A stretch of DNA of 51,293 nt from positions 1-51,293 of the forward strand of contig CAZFRL010000004.1 of NCBI GenBank assembly GCA_964521325.1. Reading direction: 5' to 3'. The notes below the pieces were generated by a model. The model made no database searches. It was not told the DNA's origin and saw only the letters and a list, made by a program, of their open reading frames with translations. This document shows positions 37,797 through 46,960 of this stretch, piece after piece. Positions within the stretch are counted from its first letter, which is position 1; each line of letters starts with the position of its first letter. The stretch is from an uncultured Dehalococcoidales bacterium. Its GTDB lineage: Bacteria; Chloroflexota; Dehalococcoidia; Dehalococcoidales; CAZFRL01. Position numbers and translations under genes: made by a program.

Positions 37797-39014
37797 TCAG
37801 GTTGTGTATTGGCTGTTAATAACTACATATTCCTCAGACAGGTCACAGCCCCAGGCGGTGGCAGCAGCCGTGCCCAGGTTAAGCTGCAAAGTTATTGGCA
37901 CCTCAGGGCTGCGCAATACCGCTACTACCCTTTCCCTATCAAAAGGCAATGGGCAGCCATCCCTTACCAGACAGATGTCGCCTATATGAAGGTCAATTCT
38001 TGATTCCACCACCTCCACCCCACTCCGCCCTACTGCCGCCATAATCCGCCCCCAGTTAGGGTCACCACCATACACTGCTGCCTTTACCAGCGGTGAACTT
38101 ACTATCGTCCTAGCTGCTAACCTGGCTTCAGCTATACTAGGTGCCCCATTAACAGTGACTTCAATAAGCCTACTAGCCCCCTCGCCATCACGGGCAATGC
38201 ACTTAGCCAGATAGAGACAGACTTGGTCAAGGGCTTGCTGAAATACATTGGCTGGCTCACTACCTTTTGAAATGGGCTCATTCCCGGCTAACCCGTTAGC
38301 CATTACTAGCACCATATCATTAGGGCTGGTATCGCCATCAATTGAAACCATATTGAAGGAAATATCTACCGCCTTTTTCAGCGCCAGTCTAAGACAGTCT
38401 ATCTCCACTGCGGCATCGGTAGTCAGGAAACAAAGCATGGTCGCCAGATTAGGGTGAATCATCCCCGAGCCTTTGGCTACACCACCTATGACGAAATCGC
38501 CTTCGCCAACTCTAACTGCTACCTCTTTAGGCAGGGTATCAGTAGTCATTATAGCCTTTTCCAATTCATGACCACCGCCTTGGGAAAGAACAACCTGTTT
38601 TATGCCGACTCGTATCAACTCTATTGGTAGCGGTTGACCAATTACCCCGGTGCTGGCAACCAAAACAGCCTCAGGTGGTATACCAATCCCTTGGGCAGCT
38701 AACTCTGCCATCTCGGCGGCATCGGTAAGACCCTGACCACCGGTACAGGCATTGGCGCAGCCGCTATTCACCACCACCGCTTGTGCTTTTCCCGACTGTA
38801 AACGCTCTTGACACAAAACTACCGACGCTGCCTTAATTCGATTGGTGGTAAACATGGCTGTAGCCACACAGGGCACTTCAGAGAAGAGGATACCCAGGTC
38901 AAGGACACTGTCATTTTTCTTCTTTAAACCAGCGTAGGTTGCACCAGCATGAAACCCCCGGGGTGAAGTAACAGTCCCCAGGGGAATAAACTCAGTCTTA
39001 GCTTCAATATGCAT
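37797..39014 (-). CDS. argJ: Ornithine acetyltransferase/N-acetylglutamate synthase
   Basis: VNSGCANACTG, ASTGVIG, MTTDT, KGSGMIHPNLATML, DGDTSPND, DGEGA, DPNWGR. Confidence 0.96.
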   Translation of the reverse strand: MHIEAKTEFIPLGTVTSPRGFHAGATYAGLKKKNDSVLDLGILFSEVPCVATAMFTTNRIKAASVVLCQERLQSGKAQAVVVNSGCANACTGGQGLTDAAEMAELAAQGIGIPPEAVLVASTGVIGQPLPIELIRVGIKQVVLSQGGGHELEKAIMTTDTLPKEVAVRVGEGDFVIGGVAKGSGMIHPNLATMLCFLTTDAAVEIDCLRLALKKAVDISFNMVSIDGDTSPNDMVLVMANGLAGNEPISKGSEPANVFQQALDQVCLYLAKCIARDGEGASRLIEVTVNGAPSIAEARLAARTIVSSPLVKAAVYGGDPNWGRIMAAVGRSGVEVVESRIDLHIGDICLVRDGCPLPFDRERVVAVLRSPEVPITLQLNLGTAAATAWGCDLSEEYVVINSQYTT

Positions 39015-39176
39015 ATCTGACTATATCATACTGAGCCTAACCAAGGCAAAAAGAAGACTAAAGTGACTCTCCCTCGTGAAAAACTATGCCTCCTCTCTAT
39101 CAAAGTAAAGGGGAGGCACCATGACGATAGGAGTGCCAAACTTAACTAAAGGTAATGGCCACAGTAGCTATTACCG

Positions 39177-39845
39177 TTACATTCCATACCAGTGCGCAAA
39201 GGTTTTTAACGGCTCGCGCGAACGTTCATAATTATTAACCCTTGCCTCAGGGTTAGGATAGCCAACGGCTATTGCCATCAAGAGAAGCTTGGATTCGGGG
39301 ATACCAAGCACCTCTTTAATCATATCGGGCCACCATACCGGCCTTTGCATAAGGCAAGTACCTAGCCCGTAGGGAAGTGCAGCCAGGGCGATGGTTTGAG
39401 CCATTATACCCCCCTCGAGGATTGCCCTTCCCCCGAGTGCCTTTTCGGTATACAGAATAATCCCGTTGGGAGCATCATGAAAGCGCCCCCCCCTCATCCA
39501 ATATTCAGCTCTTTTTTCGTCCAGTTTTTCTATTCCCGGGGGAAACTGGTGTCTGTCAATGTGGTCTCTTGCTTCCTCTGCCCGAGTAAGGTAGGGTTCC
39601 GGGAACTCAGGGTTTCCTAAGTCTGGATTGACCTTTGCATCAGCCTTTACTAGCTCATTAAGACGGACTTTCACCTCCTCCATCACCTTACCCCCCAGTA
39701 TGGCAAATTCCCAGGATTGTGTATTACGTGCGGAAGGTGCCCAGAGGCAGCTCTCTAATATCTCTTCCAAGACCTTTCTGGGCACCGGGTCGGGCTTGAA
39801 ACCACGGATACTTCTTCGATTATGAATTGCCTCGATGATTTCCAT
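39177..39845 (-). CDS. Nitroreductase family protein
   Basis: RRSIRGFK, APSARNTQSWEF, GLGTC, IAVGYP. Confidence 0.9.
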   Translation of the reverse strand: MEIIEAIHNRRSIRGFKPDPVPRKVLEEILESCLWAPSARNTQSWEFAILGGKVMEEVKVRLNELVKADAKVNPDLGNPEFPEPYLTRAEEARDHIDRHQFPPGIEKLDEKRAEYWMRGGRFHDAPNGIILYTEKALGGRAILEGGIMAQTIALAALPYGLGTCLMQRPVWWPDMIKEVLGIPESKLLLMAIAVGYPNPEARVNNYERSREPLKTFAHWYGM

Positions 39846-39958
39846 AATACCCTCCTTTTATTTTCTATTCCCAGTAGTATAACCACAAATAGGCAGACTT
39901 TCAAGAGAAACGGATCGGGTGCTGACCTCTGGTATTGTGATATAATTTAAGTAGAACC

Positions 39959-40414
39959 GTGGCTATAAAGACAGTTGCTACCAACCGCAAAGCTTATTAC
40001 CGCTACCATTTAGGTGATAGTGTAGAAGCCGGCATTGTGCTCACTGGCACAGAGATAAAGTCAATCCGAGCCGGGAGGGTAAATTTAGGCGACGCCTATA
40101 TTAAACCTGAGGCTGGAGAACTATGGCTGGTGAACGCTCACATTGCTCGTTATGAGGCAGGTAGTTATTTAAGCCATGAGCCAACCCGACCTCGAAAGCT
40201 TCTACTACATCGTAAGCAGATTAATAACCTTATAAGTAGAGTATCAGAACAGGGATTGACTCTGGTCCCACTTAAATTGTATATTAAAGATGGCCTGGCT
40301 AAGGTGGAGATAGCCTTAGCCAAGGGTAAGAAGTTACATGACAAGCGGGAGTCCATAACTCGCCGTGAGGTAGAAAGGGAGATTGAGCGCACCCTAAAAA
40401 GGCAAAAATTTTAA
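39959..40414 (+). CDS. smpB: SsrA-binding protein
   Basis: [40 protein letters not shown]; adjacent to tmRNA. Confidence 0.97.
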   Translation: MAIKTVATNRKAYYRYHLGDSVEAGIVLTGTEIKSIRAGRVNLGDAYIKPEAGELWLVNAHIARYEAGSYLSHEPTRPRKLLLHRKQINNLISRVSEQGLTLVPLKLYIKDGLAKVEIALAKGKKLHDKRESITRREVEREIERTLKRQKF

Positions 40415-40461
40415 AGGAGGCGGTTTAGAGGTAGTCTGTCGTTAAGCAGTCCGTAATAAAT

Positions 40462-40816
40462 GGGGACGCGTGGGTTCGACAGGGGAAGTATGTTGCAGGA
40501 TTGCAAGCTGAGGTGCCGCTACCCTCATTAAACAAGTGGCAAAAAATAACCGACGAATCTCAATTAGTTTATGCAGCCTAATTAAATAGGTTGCACGCTC
40601 AACCTGACCCCACCTCAATGGGTTGGGATTGGGTGCCGAAAGATTGAGGTGCCACCGCTTTGACGTCGATAAGGGCGGTGAAAGAATTGTCGACTGGCTT
40701 GGCTAAACTCGGTCAGCAGAGGCTAGCTAGGTAAGATAAAAAAGCTGACTAAGCTTGTAGGATATTCTGGGCAGCTTCTTCTGGACGGGGAGTTCAACCC
40801 TCCCCCGTCTCCACCA
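40462..40816 (+). ncRNA. ssrA: tmRNA
   Basis: 5' GGGGACGCGTGGGTTCGAC; 3' GGGAG-TTCAACC-CTCCC-CGTCTCCACCA; tag ORF 40552-40581 reads (A)DESQLVYAA*. Confidence 0.95.
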
Positions 40817-40827
40817 AGAAATTTAGT

Positions 40828-40857
40828 GGCGCCAGCTTTACACGGCTGGCGCCTTTT
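40828..40857 (+). terminator. tmRNA terminator
   Basis: GGCGCCAGC-8 nt-GCTGGCGCC-TTTT. Confidence 0.8.
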
Positions 40858-41080
40858 GTATTTGGTGATGGTGTAGATTGATTTCGAAGCGGGCTCCCTG
40901 TACACTTTCACTTTCGGACTTCTAAACTATTTCTGACCCTGATGTTGAGTTGAGGCTTGATATGGCAGAGGTTACAATGAATAGAGACGGGGCAGAAGTT
41001 TGAATCCTGGTGGAGGGAGCCATTTTGCTTTTTCCAAATCTGACAGATGTAAAATCTGGCGGAACTTTTATAAAGGTGAG

Positions 41081-42202
41081 ATGGCATTGAAGTTTGTCCG
41101 AGCGGGAGAAACATTGGAACTGCAGCCAAATTGTCACACGACAGCGATGGGCATTATGCCCCACACTGATGTGGGGCAGGCTCTGAAGCTTACCCTTAGT
41201 GTAGACATACCTTTCTGGCCTCAATTGCCTAATATTAGCTTCTATGAAGACATGTATGTCCAGACATCACAGAACTTCCCGGGGATAGTTATTGACCTTA
41301 GTGGTGAAAAAATCAGCTTCAATACGGCAAAATTTGAAAGGGAGCTAGGTCATTATTCCCGGAAGATGGCTGAGCCGGAAACCTTCGCCTTAAGCCGTAG
41401 ATATTCGGCGGTTTATCATAGGTTCCTAGCTGAAGACCTGCAGGACTATCCTGCCATTCGGGGGCAGGTAACCGGGCCGGTAAGCTTCGGCTTCAGAGTA
41501 ACTGATGAAGAGTCAAAACCCATTATCTATAACGACGGGGTCAGGTCTCTACTCTTTGATTTCATCCAACGGAAAGTCAACACCCAGTACCGACAACTCA
41601 GGGGGAAGAACCAAAGTGCCTTTGTCTGGCTTGATGAGCCCGGGCTCGGATGGGTTTTCAGCGGTCTCTCCGGTTACAACGATGTTCAGGCTAAACAAGA
41701 GTATCACAGCTTCCTGGCTGGACTTGAGGGACCCATGGCACTGCACCTCTGTGCCAATGTCAACTTGCCGTACCTTCTCGAGTTGGGTGTTAAGCTTCTA
41801 TCCTTTGATGCCTATCAGATTGAACTCATGCCCAAAGGGTATGCCAATACTGTTGCTGACTTCCTCAGCAGTGGCGGCATTATCTCATGGGGCATCGTAC
41901 CCACTGACTCAGAAAGCCTCAGCAAGGAAACTCCGGAGACATTAGCCAGATTGCTTCTGGGTTACTGGGACGTAGTATCTCTGAACACTGGTTTATCAGT
42001 TAAGGGGATTGCTGAGCAAGCCTTAATTGCGCCGGCGAGATGCTGTCTCAAAAATGTAGGGCGAGTTGGTGCCAGCGAGGATACAACTGCCGACGAAACC
42101 AGGGGAGACCCTAACTTCACGGTCGAGGAACGGTTAGTTGAAAGGGCATTTGCTTATCTGAAGACACTTTCTGAAATCCTCAAGAATAAATTTGACTTGT
42201 GA
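41081..42202 (+). CDS. Core (single-barrel) cobalamin-independent-type methionine synthase-like protein
   Basis: FWPQLP, GQVTGP, WLDEP, Zn ligands LHLC and APARCC; only one MetE barrel; ATG 41081 with AAGGTG SD. Confidence 0.7.
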   Translation: MALKFVRAGETLELQPNCHTTAMGIMPHTDVGQALKLTLSVDIPFWPQLPNISFYEDMYVQTSQNFPGIVIDLSGEKISFNTAKFERELGHYSRKMAEPETFALSRRYSAVYHRFLAEDLQDYPAIRGQVTGPVSFGFRVTDEESKPIIYNDGVRSLLFDFIQRKVNTQYRQLRGKNQSAFVWLDEPGLGWVFSGLSGYNDVQAKQEYHSFLAGLEGPMALHLCANVNLPYLLELGVKLLSFDAYQIELMPKGYANTVADFLSSGGIISWGIVPTDSESLSKETPETLARLLLGYWDVVSLNTGLSVKGIAEQALIAPARCCLKNVGRVGASEDTTADETRGDPNFTVEERLVERAFAYLKTLSEILKNKFDL

Positions 42203-42297
42203 CTCTGAGAGGGGTCAAGCATCTATCTTGCGCTCACTCTAGTGCCATATAGCATAATATCATTAAAAATTTAGCTTAAAAAGTGTCTGGGGAAATA

Positions 42298-42326
42298 TTG
42301 ACAGATGGTGGATTTGGGTCTACTAT
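42298..42326 (+). promoter_or_regulatory. sigma70 promoter ~310 nt upstream of ferritin/Fe-S cluster
   Basis: TTGACA-17 nt-TACTAT. Confidence 0.6.
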
Positions 42327-42411
42327 TTCCCTTACCCTATTGGTCTTAGTAGACATCGACAACTGAATATAAGTAAAATATTTAAGTAACTCTCGGAGTG
42401 GAGAAGCGGTT

Positions 42412-42483
42412 ATGTTCTTTGCAGAAGTTCCGCCTTACCGGGTAGGTTATTGTAAGGTAATCACTGGTCGAGGTATCCACTAG
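42412..42483 (+). CDS. Candidate 23-aa leader peptide (uORF)
   Basis: GGAG 8 nt before the ATG; MFFAEVPPYRVGYCKVITGRGIH*; ends 7 nt before a terminator hairpin. Confidence 0.35.
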   Translation: MFFAEVPPYRVGYCKVITGRGIH

Positions 42484-42490
42484 AGTACTG

Positions 42491-42532
42491 AGAGATGCCA
42501 GCCAAAGTGAAGGTTGGCATCTCTTGCTTTCT
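42491..42532 (+). terminator. Terminator/attenuator hairpin in leader
   Basis: AGAGATGCCAGCC-8 nt-GGTTGGCATCTCT 13-bp stem (one G-U) followed by TGCTTTCT. Confidence 0.6.
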
Positions 42533-42637
42533 GGAGGGATTGTTGTGCCTTGTTTATAAATATGACAAAGGGGTCTTAGAGATTTAGCTGCTTAAGGCAT
42601 CAGAGGCTCAGCGGATAAATAACATCTAGGAGGTAAT

Positions 42638-43135
42638 TTGAAAATGTCTATCCTTTTCTCAGGCAGCGAACTTCTAGAAATAGCTCTAGGTATAGAGAGG
42701 AACGGCACAGCCTTCTATGAGGCTTTGGCTGATAAGGCACAGAATAAGGAGGCTAAGGCTATCTATGATTATCTGGCTAATGAGGAGAAGAAACATCTGG
42801 ATACTTTTCAGGGCATGCTAAATACGGTAGGCTCATATAAACCTCCGGAAGATTATGCCGCAGAATATATGCTTTACCTGAAATCATTAGTTGACAGCTC
42901 GGTTTTTTCCAACATCACCGAGGCTCGACAAAAAGCTGAGAAGTCATCCGGTGAAACCGAAGTCCTTGATACCGGAGTTCAAGCCGAAAAGGATTCTATA
43001 CTTTTCTACACAGAAATGCTGAACTTCGTGAGGCAGCCTGACCAAAAGATAGTTCTCAATATAATAGATGAAGAAAAAGCCCACATAAGACAGCTTTCCC
43101 AACTTAAACAAAGGCTGCAAAAAAACGCTAGATAA
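42638..43135 (+). CDS. Ferritin-like/rubrerythrin-family di-iron protein
   Basis: IERNGTAFY, EEKKH, AEKDSILFY, EEKAH; AGGAGG SD (start 42638 TTG or 42644 ATG). Confidence 0.88.
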   Translation: MKMSILFSGSELLEIALGIERNGTAFYEALADKAQNKEAKAIYDYLANEEKKHLDTFQGMLNTVGSYKPPEDYAAEYMLYLKSLVDSSVFSNITEARQKAEKSSGETEVLDTGVQAEKDSILFYTEMLNFVRQPDQKIVLNIIDEEKAHIRQLSQLKQRLQKNAR

Positions 43136-43233
43136 TTCCCTGGGGTGAAACAGGGGGACATAAAAGTTTGTTCTAATAATATGGAGGCTAGAGTTAAAAC
43201 TAGATGCTATCTTTAGCCGAGTAAAGGAGAATC

Positions 43234-44100
43234 ATGCAGCTTAAGGGGAGTAAAACTGAGGAAAATTTGCGGAAGGCTTTTGCTGGAGAATTACAAGCCC
43301 AGGCTAGTTACATTTATTTTGCTTCTGCTGCCGAGGAAGCAGGCTTTGAAGAAATAGCTGATGTGTTTTTGGCAACGGCTGAAAACGAGGCTGAGCATGC
43401 GAAGCATGAGTTTATGTTCCTTGGTGGTGCTGAGGATGTCAGGGCAAATTTAGCTTTGGCGGTTGAGCGTGAGTATAAGGAGGCAACCAAGTTTTACCCA
43501 GAGGCGGCGGAGGTAGCTAGAGAGGAGGGCTTTGCTGAGATTGCCGACTTCTTTCACCGGATGAGCAAGGTTGAGGAGAAGCATAACGGAAACTTTCGCA
43601 AATTACTTGAGACATTGGACAAGGGCAAAACTTTTCAAGGAAGGACGGTGGGGTATTCGGCAGTTGAGATGGCACAGGTGATGTTACCTGATCAGGCTAA
43701 TCCGGCGGGATTTGTCCATGGTGGGGAGTTGATGAAGTTGATGGATAATGCTGCCGGTGTAGTAGCTGCCCGCCATAGCCGGGCTAATATCGTGACCGGA
43801 AGGGTAGAGAATATCATTTTCCATAACCCGGTGCGTGTCGGTAGCCTGGTCATCATCCGTGGCAAGATTACTTTCACTAGTCGCTCGACTATGGAGGTTC
43901 AAATAGAAGTCGAGACTGAAGACCTCCGTGATGGGAGGAAGCTTCATGCATTAACTGCCTATTTTATTATGGTAGCCCTGGATGCTGAGGGGAAATCGGC
44001 GGAGGTGCCATCACTTCTACTTAGTACTGAGGAAGAGGGAAGACTTTTTAATGAAGCCCAGGCAAGATATAAAGCCCGAAAAGTGAAATCTGAAAAGTGA
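43234..44100 (+). CDS. Rubrerythrin di-iron domain fused to hotdog acyl-CoA thioesterase
   Basis: LKGSKTEENLRKAFAGE, ENEAEH, EEKH, then MLPDQANPAGFVHGGELMKLMDNAA and FHNPVRVG in one frame. Confidence 0.85.
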   Translation: MQLKGSKTEENLRKAFAGELQAQASYIYFASAAEEAGFEEIADVFLATAENEAEHAKHEFMFLGGAEDVRANLALAVEREYKEATKFYPEAAEVAREEGFAEIADFFHRMSKVEEKHNGNFRKLLETLDKGKTFQGRTVGYSAVEMAQVMLPDQANPAGFVHGGELMKLMDNAAGVVAARHSRANIVTGRVENIIFHNPVRVGSLVIIRGKITFTSRSTMEVQIEVETEDLRDGRKLHALTAYFIMVALDAEGKSAEVPSLLLSTEEEGRLFNEAQARYKARKVKSEK

Positions 44101-44114
44101 AAGGGAATGAACTG

Positions 44115-44645
44115 ATGGAAAACGAACAGGATAAAACTCTAGAAGCACTCCAAATTGCTATCCAGATGGAAATTGATGGCAAGGAATTTTATCTGAAAGC
44201 TAGCCAGGAAAGCGGGAATGAACTAGGCAGGAAGCTGCTGGAGTCACTGGCTACTGAGGAAGACATCCACCGGCAGAAGTTTGAGGAGATATATAGTGCT
44301 ATCCGAAATAAAAGAGCTTGGCCTAGAACTGATTTTCAACCTAACGGGGGCAGAAGATTGAGAACTATATTTGCCAGGGCAACCGAGGAGATTGGCGCGG
44401 ATGTAAAGGCTCCCGCTACTGAGCTCGATGCCGTAAAAACAGCCATGGATATGGAAAATAAAACCTTTGATTTTTATAAGAGCCGGGGGGAAAATGCTGC
44501 TTATGATACTGAGAGAGACTTTTATGAGACCCTGGCTGCCGAAGAGAGGGAACATCACCTAGTTCTGCTTGACTACTACGAATATCTCAAAGACCCGGCA
44601 AGTTGGTTTGTCACCAAAGAACATCCCTCTCTGGATGGTGGCTGA
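44115..44645 (+). CDS. Ferritin-like/rubrerythrin-family protein
   Basis: MEIDGKEFY, EEDIH, MENKTFDFY, EEREH; ATG 44115 preferred over GTG 44097. Confidence 0.87.
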   Translation: MENEQDKTLEALQIAIQMEIDGKEFYLKASQESGNELGRKLLESLATEEDIHRQKFEEIYSAIRNKRAWPRTDFQPNGGRRLRTIFARATEEIGADVKAPATELDAVKTAMDMENKTFDFYKSRGENAAYDTERDFYETLAAEEREHHLVLLDYYEYLKDPASWFVTKEHPSLDGG

Positions 44646-44673
44646 ATAAGGCTCAAAGATTGTGGAGTAGAAA

Positions 44674-45858
44674 ATGAGAAAGGTTTACCTAGACAATGTT
44701 GCCACCACTCCAATATTGCCCGAAGTGATGGAGGCTATGCTGCCTTATCTCAAGGAGATTTATGGCAATCCTCAATCCCTGCACGGTTGGGGAGATGAAG
44801 CCAGGGAAGCGATAGAAGGTGCCCGGGAGAAAGTGGCAGACCTCATTGGTGCTCAGGCAGAGGAGATTATCTTTACCTCCAGCGGCACTGAGTCGAACAA
44901 CTCCGCTATTAAAGGACTGGCGATGGCCCAGCAATCTAAGGGTAAGCATATCGTCGTTTCCGCTATCGAGCACTTCTCGGTATTGCACTCAGCCAGAACC
45001 CTGGAGAAGTGGGGCTTCGAGATGACCCAGGTTCCGGTGGACAAGCATGGAATGGTGAATCCCGATGAAGTAGCCCGAAGCCTCAGGAAGGACACGGTTC
45101 TTGTCTCCATCATGCACGCCAACGGTGAGGTGGGTACTATCCAGCCCATCGCTGAGATAGCAAAGGTAGCGAAGGAAGCTGGGGCTATCTTCCACACTGA
45201 TGCTGTAGCTACCGTGGGCACAATACCTGTCGATGTCAAAGAACTTGGGGGCGATGCACTGAGCTTGGCTGCTAATCAGTTCTATGGACCTAAGGGAGTT
45301 GGTGCTCTCTGGCTCAAGAAGGGGACGCGCATCATCCCCTTCCTTGACGGTGGTGTACAGGAGGGAGGGCGGAGGGCTGGAACCGAGAATGTGCCTGCAA
45401 TCGTAGGCTTAGGGAAGGCTGCCGAACTGGCCAAAGCAGAGATGGGGTCAAGGGTGAACCGCCTCTCAGCCCTGCGCGACAGGTTGATCAAAGGCTTACC
45501 GTCTCGAATCGAGCACGTGGTCCTCACCGGACATCCCAGCCAGCGCCTCCCCGGAAATGCCAGCTTCTGTATCAAGTTCATCGAAGGAGAGGCAATGCTA
45601 ATGCTTCTCTCTAGCCAGGGTGTCGCCGTCTCCAGCGGCTCGGCTTGCACCTCCAGGGCGCTGAAGGCATCTCATGTCCTCACTGCTATGGGGATTCCCC
45701 CTGAGATAGCGCAGGGCTCACTGCTCTTCAGCTTTGGTCTGGGGAATACTGAGGAGGATGTTGACTATGTATTAGAAGCGCTACCGCCCATTGTGGACAG
45801 GCTGCGGCAGATGTCACCACTATATGCCAAATTCCTGAAAGGAAAGGGAGGGAAATGA
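44674..45858 (+). CDS. iscS: IscS/NifS-type cysteine desulfurase homolog lacking PLP lysine
   Basis: [46 protein letters not shown]; the HK position reads NQ. Confidence 0.92.
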   Translation: MRKVYLDNVATTPILPEVMEAMLPYLKEIYGNPQSLHGWGDEAREAIEGAREKVADLIGAQAEEIIFTSSGTESNNSAIKGLAMAQQSKGKHIVVSAIEHFSVLHSARTLEKWGFEMTQVPVDKHGMVNPDEVARSLRKDTVLVSIMHANGEVGTIQPIAEIAKVAKEAGAIFHTDAVATVGTIPVDVKELGGDALSLAANQFYGPKGVGALWLKKGTRIIPFLDGGVQEGGRRAGTENVPAIVGLGKAAELAKAEMGSRVNRLSALRDRLIKGLPSRIEHVVLTGHPSQRLPGNASFCIKFIEGEAMLMLLSSQGVAVSSGSACTSRALKASHVLTAMGIPPEIAQGSLLFSFGLGNTEEDVDYVLEALPPIVDRLRQMSPLYAKFLKGKGGK

Positions 45859-45859
45859 G

Positions 45860-46276
45860 ATGCCTATTTACAACGAGAAAGTAATGGAGCACTTCATGAA
45901 TCCCCGCAATGTGGGTGAGATAGAGGATGCTGACGGTGTCGGCGAGGTGGGTAACCCCGTTTGCGGGGACATGATGACCTTTTACATCAAGGTGGACGAT
46001 AACCGTCTCAGTGATGTGAAGTTTAAGACCTTCGGCTGCGGGGCGGCCATTGCTGTCTCCAGTATTGTGAGTGAGATGGCTATGGGGAAGACACTGGAGG
46101 AGGTGAGAAAGATTACCCCGGCATTGGTAGCTGAGGAGCTGGAGGGGCTGCCCAAGAACAAGTATCACTGCTCCAACCTCGGTGCTCAAGCCTTGAATAA
46201 GGCTATCGATGACTACCTAAAGAGGCAGGGCAAAGTAGCGAAAAGGAAAAAAGGGGGGAAAGATGAGAAGAAATGA
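45860..46276 (+). CDS. iscU: Fe-S scaffold IscU/NifU-N
   Basis: NPRNVG, GNPVCGD, FGCGAAIA, LPKNKYHCS. Confidence 0.93.
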   Translation: MPIYNEKVMEHFMNPRNVGEIEDADGVGEVGNPVCGDMMTFYIKVDDNRLSDVKFKTFGCGAAIAVSSIVSEMAMGKTLEEVRKITPALVAEELEGLPKNKYHCSNLGAQALNKAIDDYLKRQGKVAKRKKGGKDEKK

Positions 46277-46460
46277 AGAACCAAGGGAAAAGGAGGGGAA
46301 GTGTTTTTGTCCCTACTGTGAAGAGGAGCTGGTCATGGCTGCTCTACCTTACTGCCAGCCCTGTGGCGTGACCCTGCGCTACTGCATTAATTGCCAGATA
46401 GCAGTGGCAAGGGAGGCGGAGGTCTGTCCCCAGTGCGGGGGCAAGCTAGAATGGAAGTAA
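46263..46460 (+). CDS. Double zinc-ribbon small protein
   Basis: Four CxxC pairs (CPYC, CQPC, CINC, CPQC) in 65 aa; overlaps the iscU stop. Confidence 0.75.
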   Translation: MRRNEEPREKEGKCFCPYCEEELVMAALPYCQPCGVTLRYCINCQIAVAREAEVCPQCGGKLEWK

Positions 46461-46471
46461 GGAGGGCGGCT

Positions 46472-46948
46472 ATGCCAGAAAAGGTTACTCTGGTGGTATT
46501 CAGCGGGGAGATGGACAAGGCCCTGGCCGCCTTCAACATAGCTATTGGTGCTGCTGCCATGGGGATGGAGGTGAGCATGTTTTTTACCTTCTGGGGGCTA
46601 AATATCATCAGGAGGAATGAGGGCTCAACCAAAAGTCGGGGGATGATGAGGAAGATGCTCAATTTTATGAACCGAGGTGGCTCCAAGAGATTACCCCTAT
46701 CCCGATTCCACATGCTCGGCCTGGGTAAGTGGATGATGGGAAAGTTAATGCAGGATGCCAAGTTTCCCTCTCTCGATGAGTTAATAGCTACTGCCCGGGA
46801 GTCGGGGGTTAAATTTATAGCCTGCACTACCTCTATGGCGATTATGGGAATCTCCAAGGAGGCTTTCATCCCTGAGGTGGATACCTTTGCTGGGGTGGCT
46901 ACCTATCTAGCTGAGGCTAGAGAGGGGAAGGTCAATCTGTTTGTTTAA
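46472..46948 (+). CDS. DsrE/DsrF/DrsH-like sulfur carrier
   Basis: VTLVVFSGEMDKA, FFTFWGL, IACTTSMAIMG; AAGGAGG SD before ATG 46472. Confidence 0.87.
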   Translation: MPEKVTLVVFSGEMDKALAAFNIAIGAAAMGMEVSMFFTFWGLNIIRRNEGSTKSRGMMRKMLNFMNRGGSKRLPLSRFHMLGLGKWMMGKLMQDAKFPSLDELIATARESGVKFIACTTSMAIMGISKEAFIPEVDTFAGVATYLAEAREGKVNLFV

Positions 46949-46960
46949 GGAGATAGAGCT

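Noticed and set aside
40800-40900. Possible genomic island integrated at ssrA or tRNA-Gly
   Set aside because: No duplicated 3' end and no integrase; both RNAs are followed directly by terminators and host-like genes.
40975-41080. Leader of the methionine synthase-like gene with GAATCC..GGAGGGAGCC and small hairpins (riboswitch?)
   Set aside because: Only fragmentary likeness to c-di-AMP or SAM/SAH motifs; core elements not found by eye. It would need cmscan.
40723-41224. Minus-strand ORFs 40723-40911, 40908-41129, 40922-41224 and track start 41000
   Set aside because: They overlap the tmRNA, its terminator and the next promoter; the SD supports 41081 as the real start.
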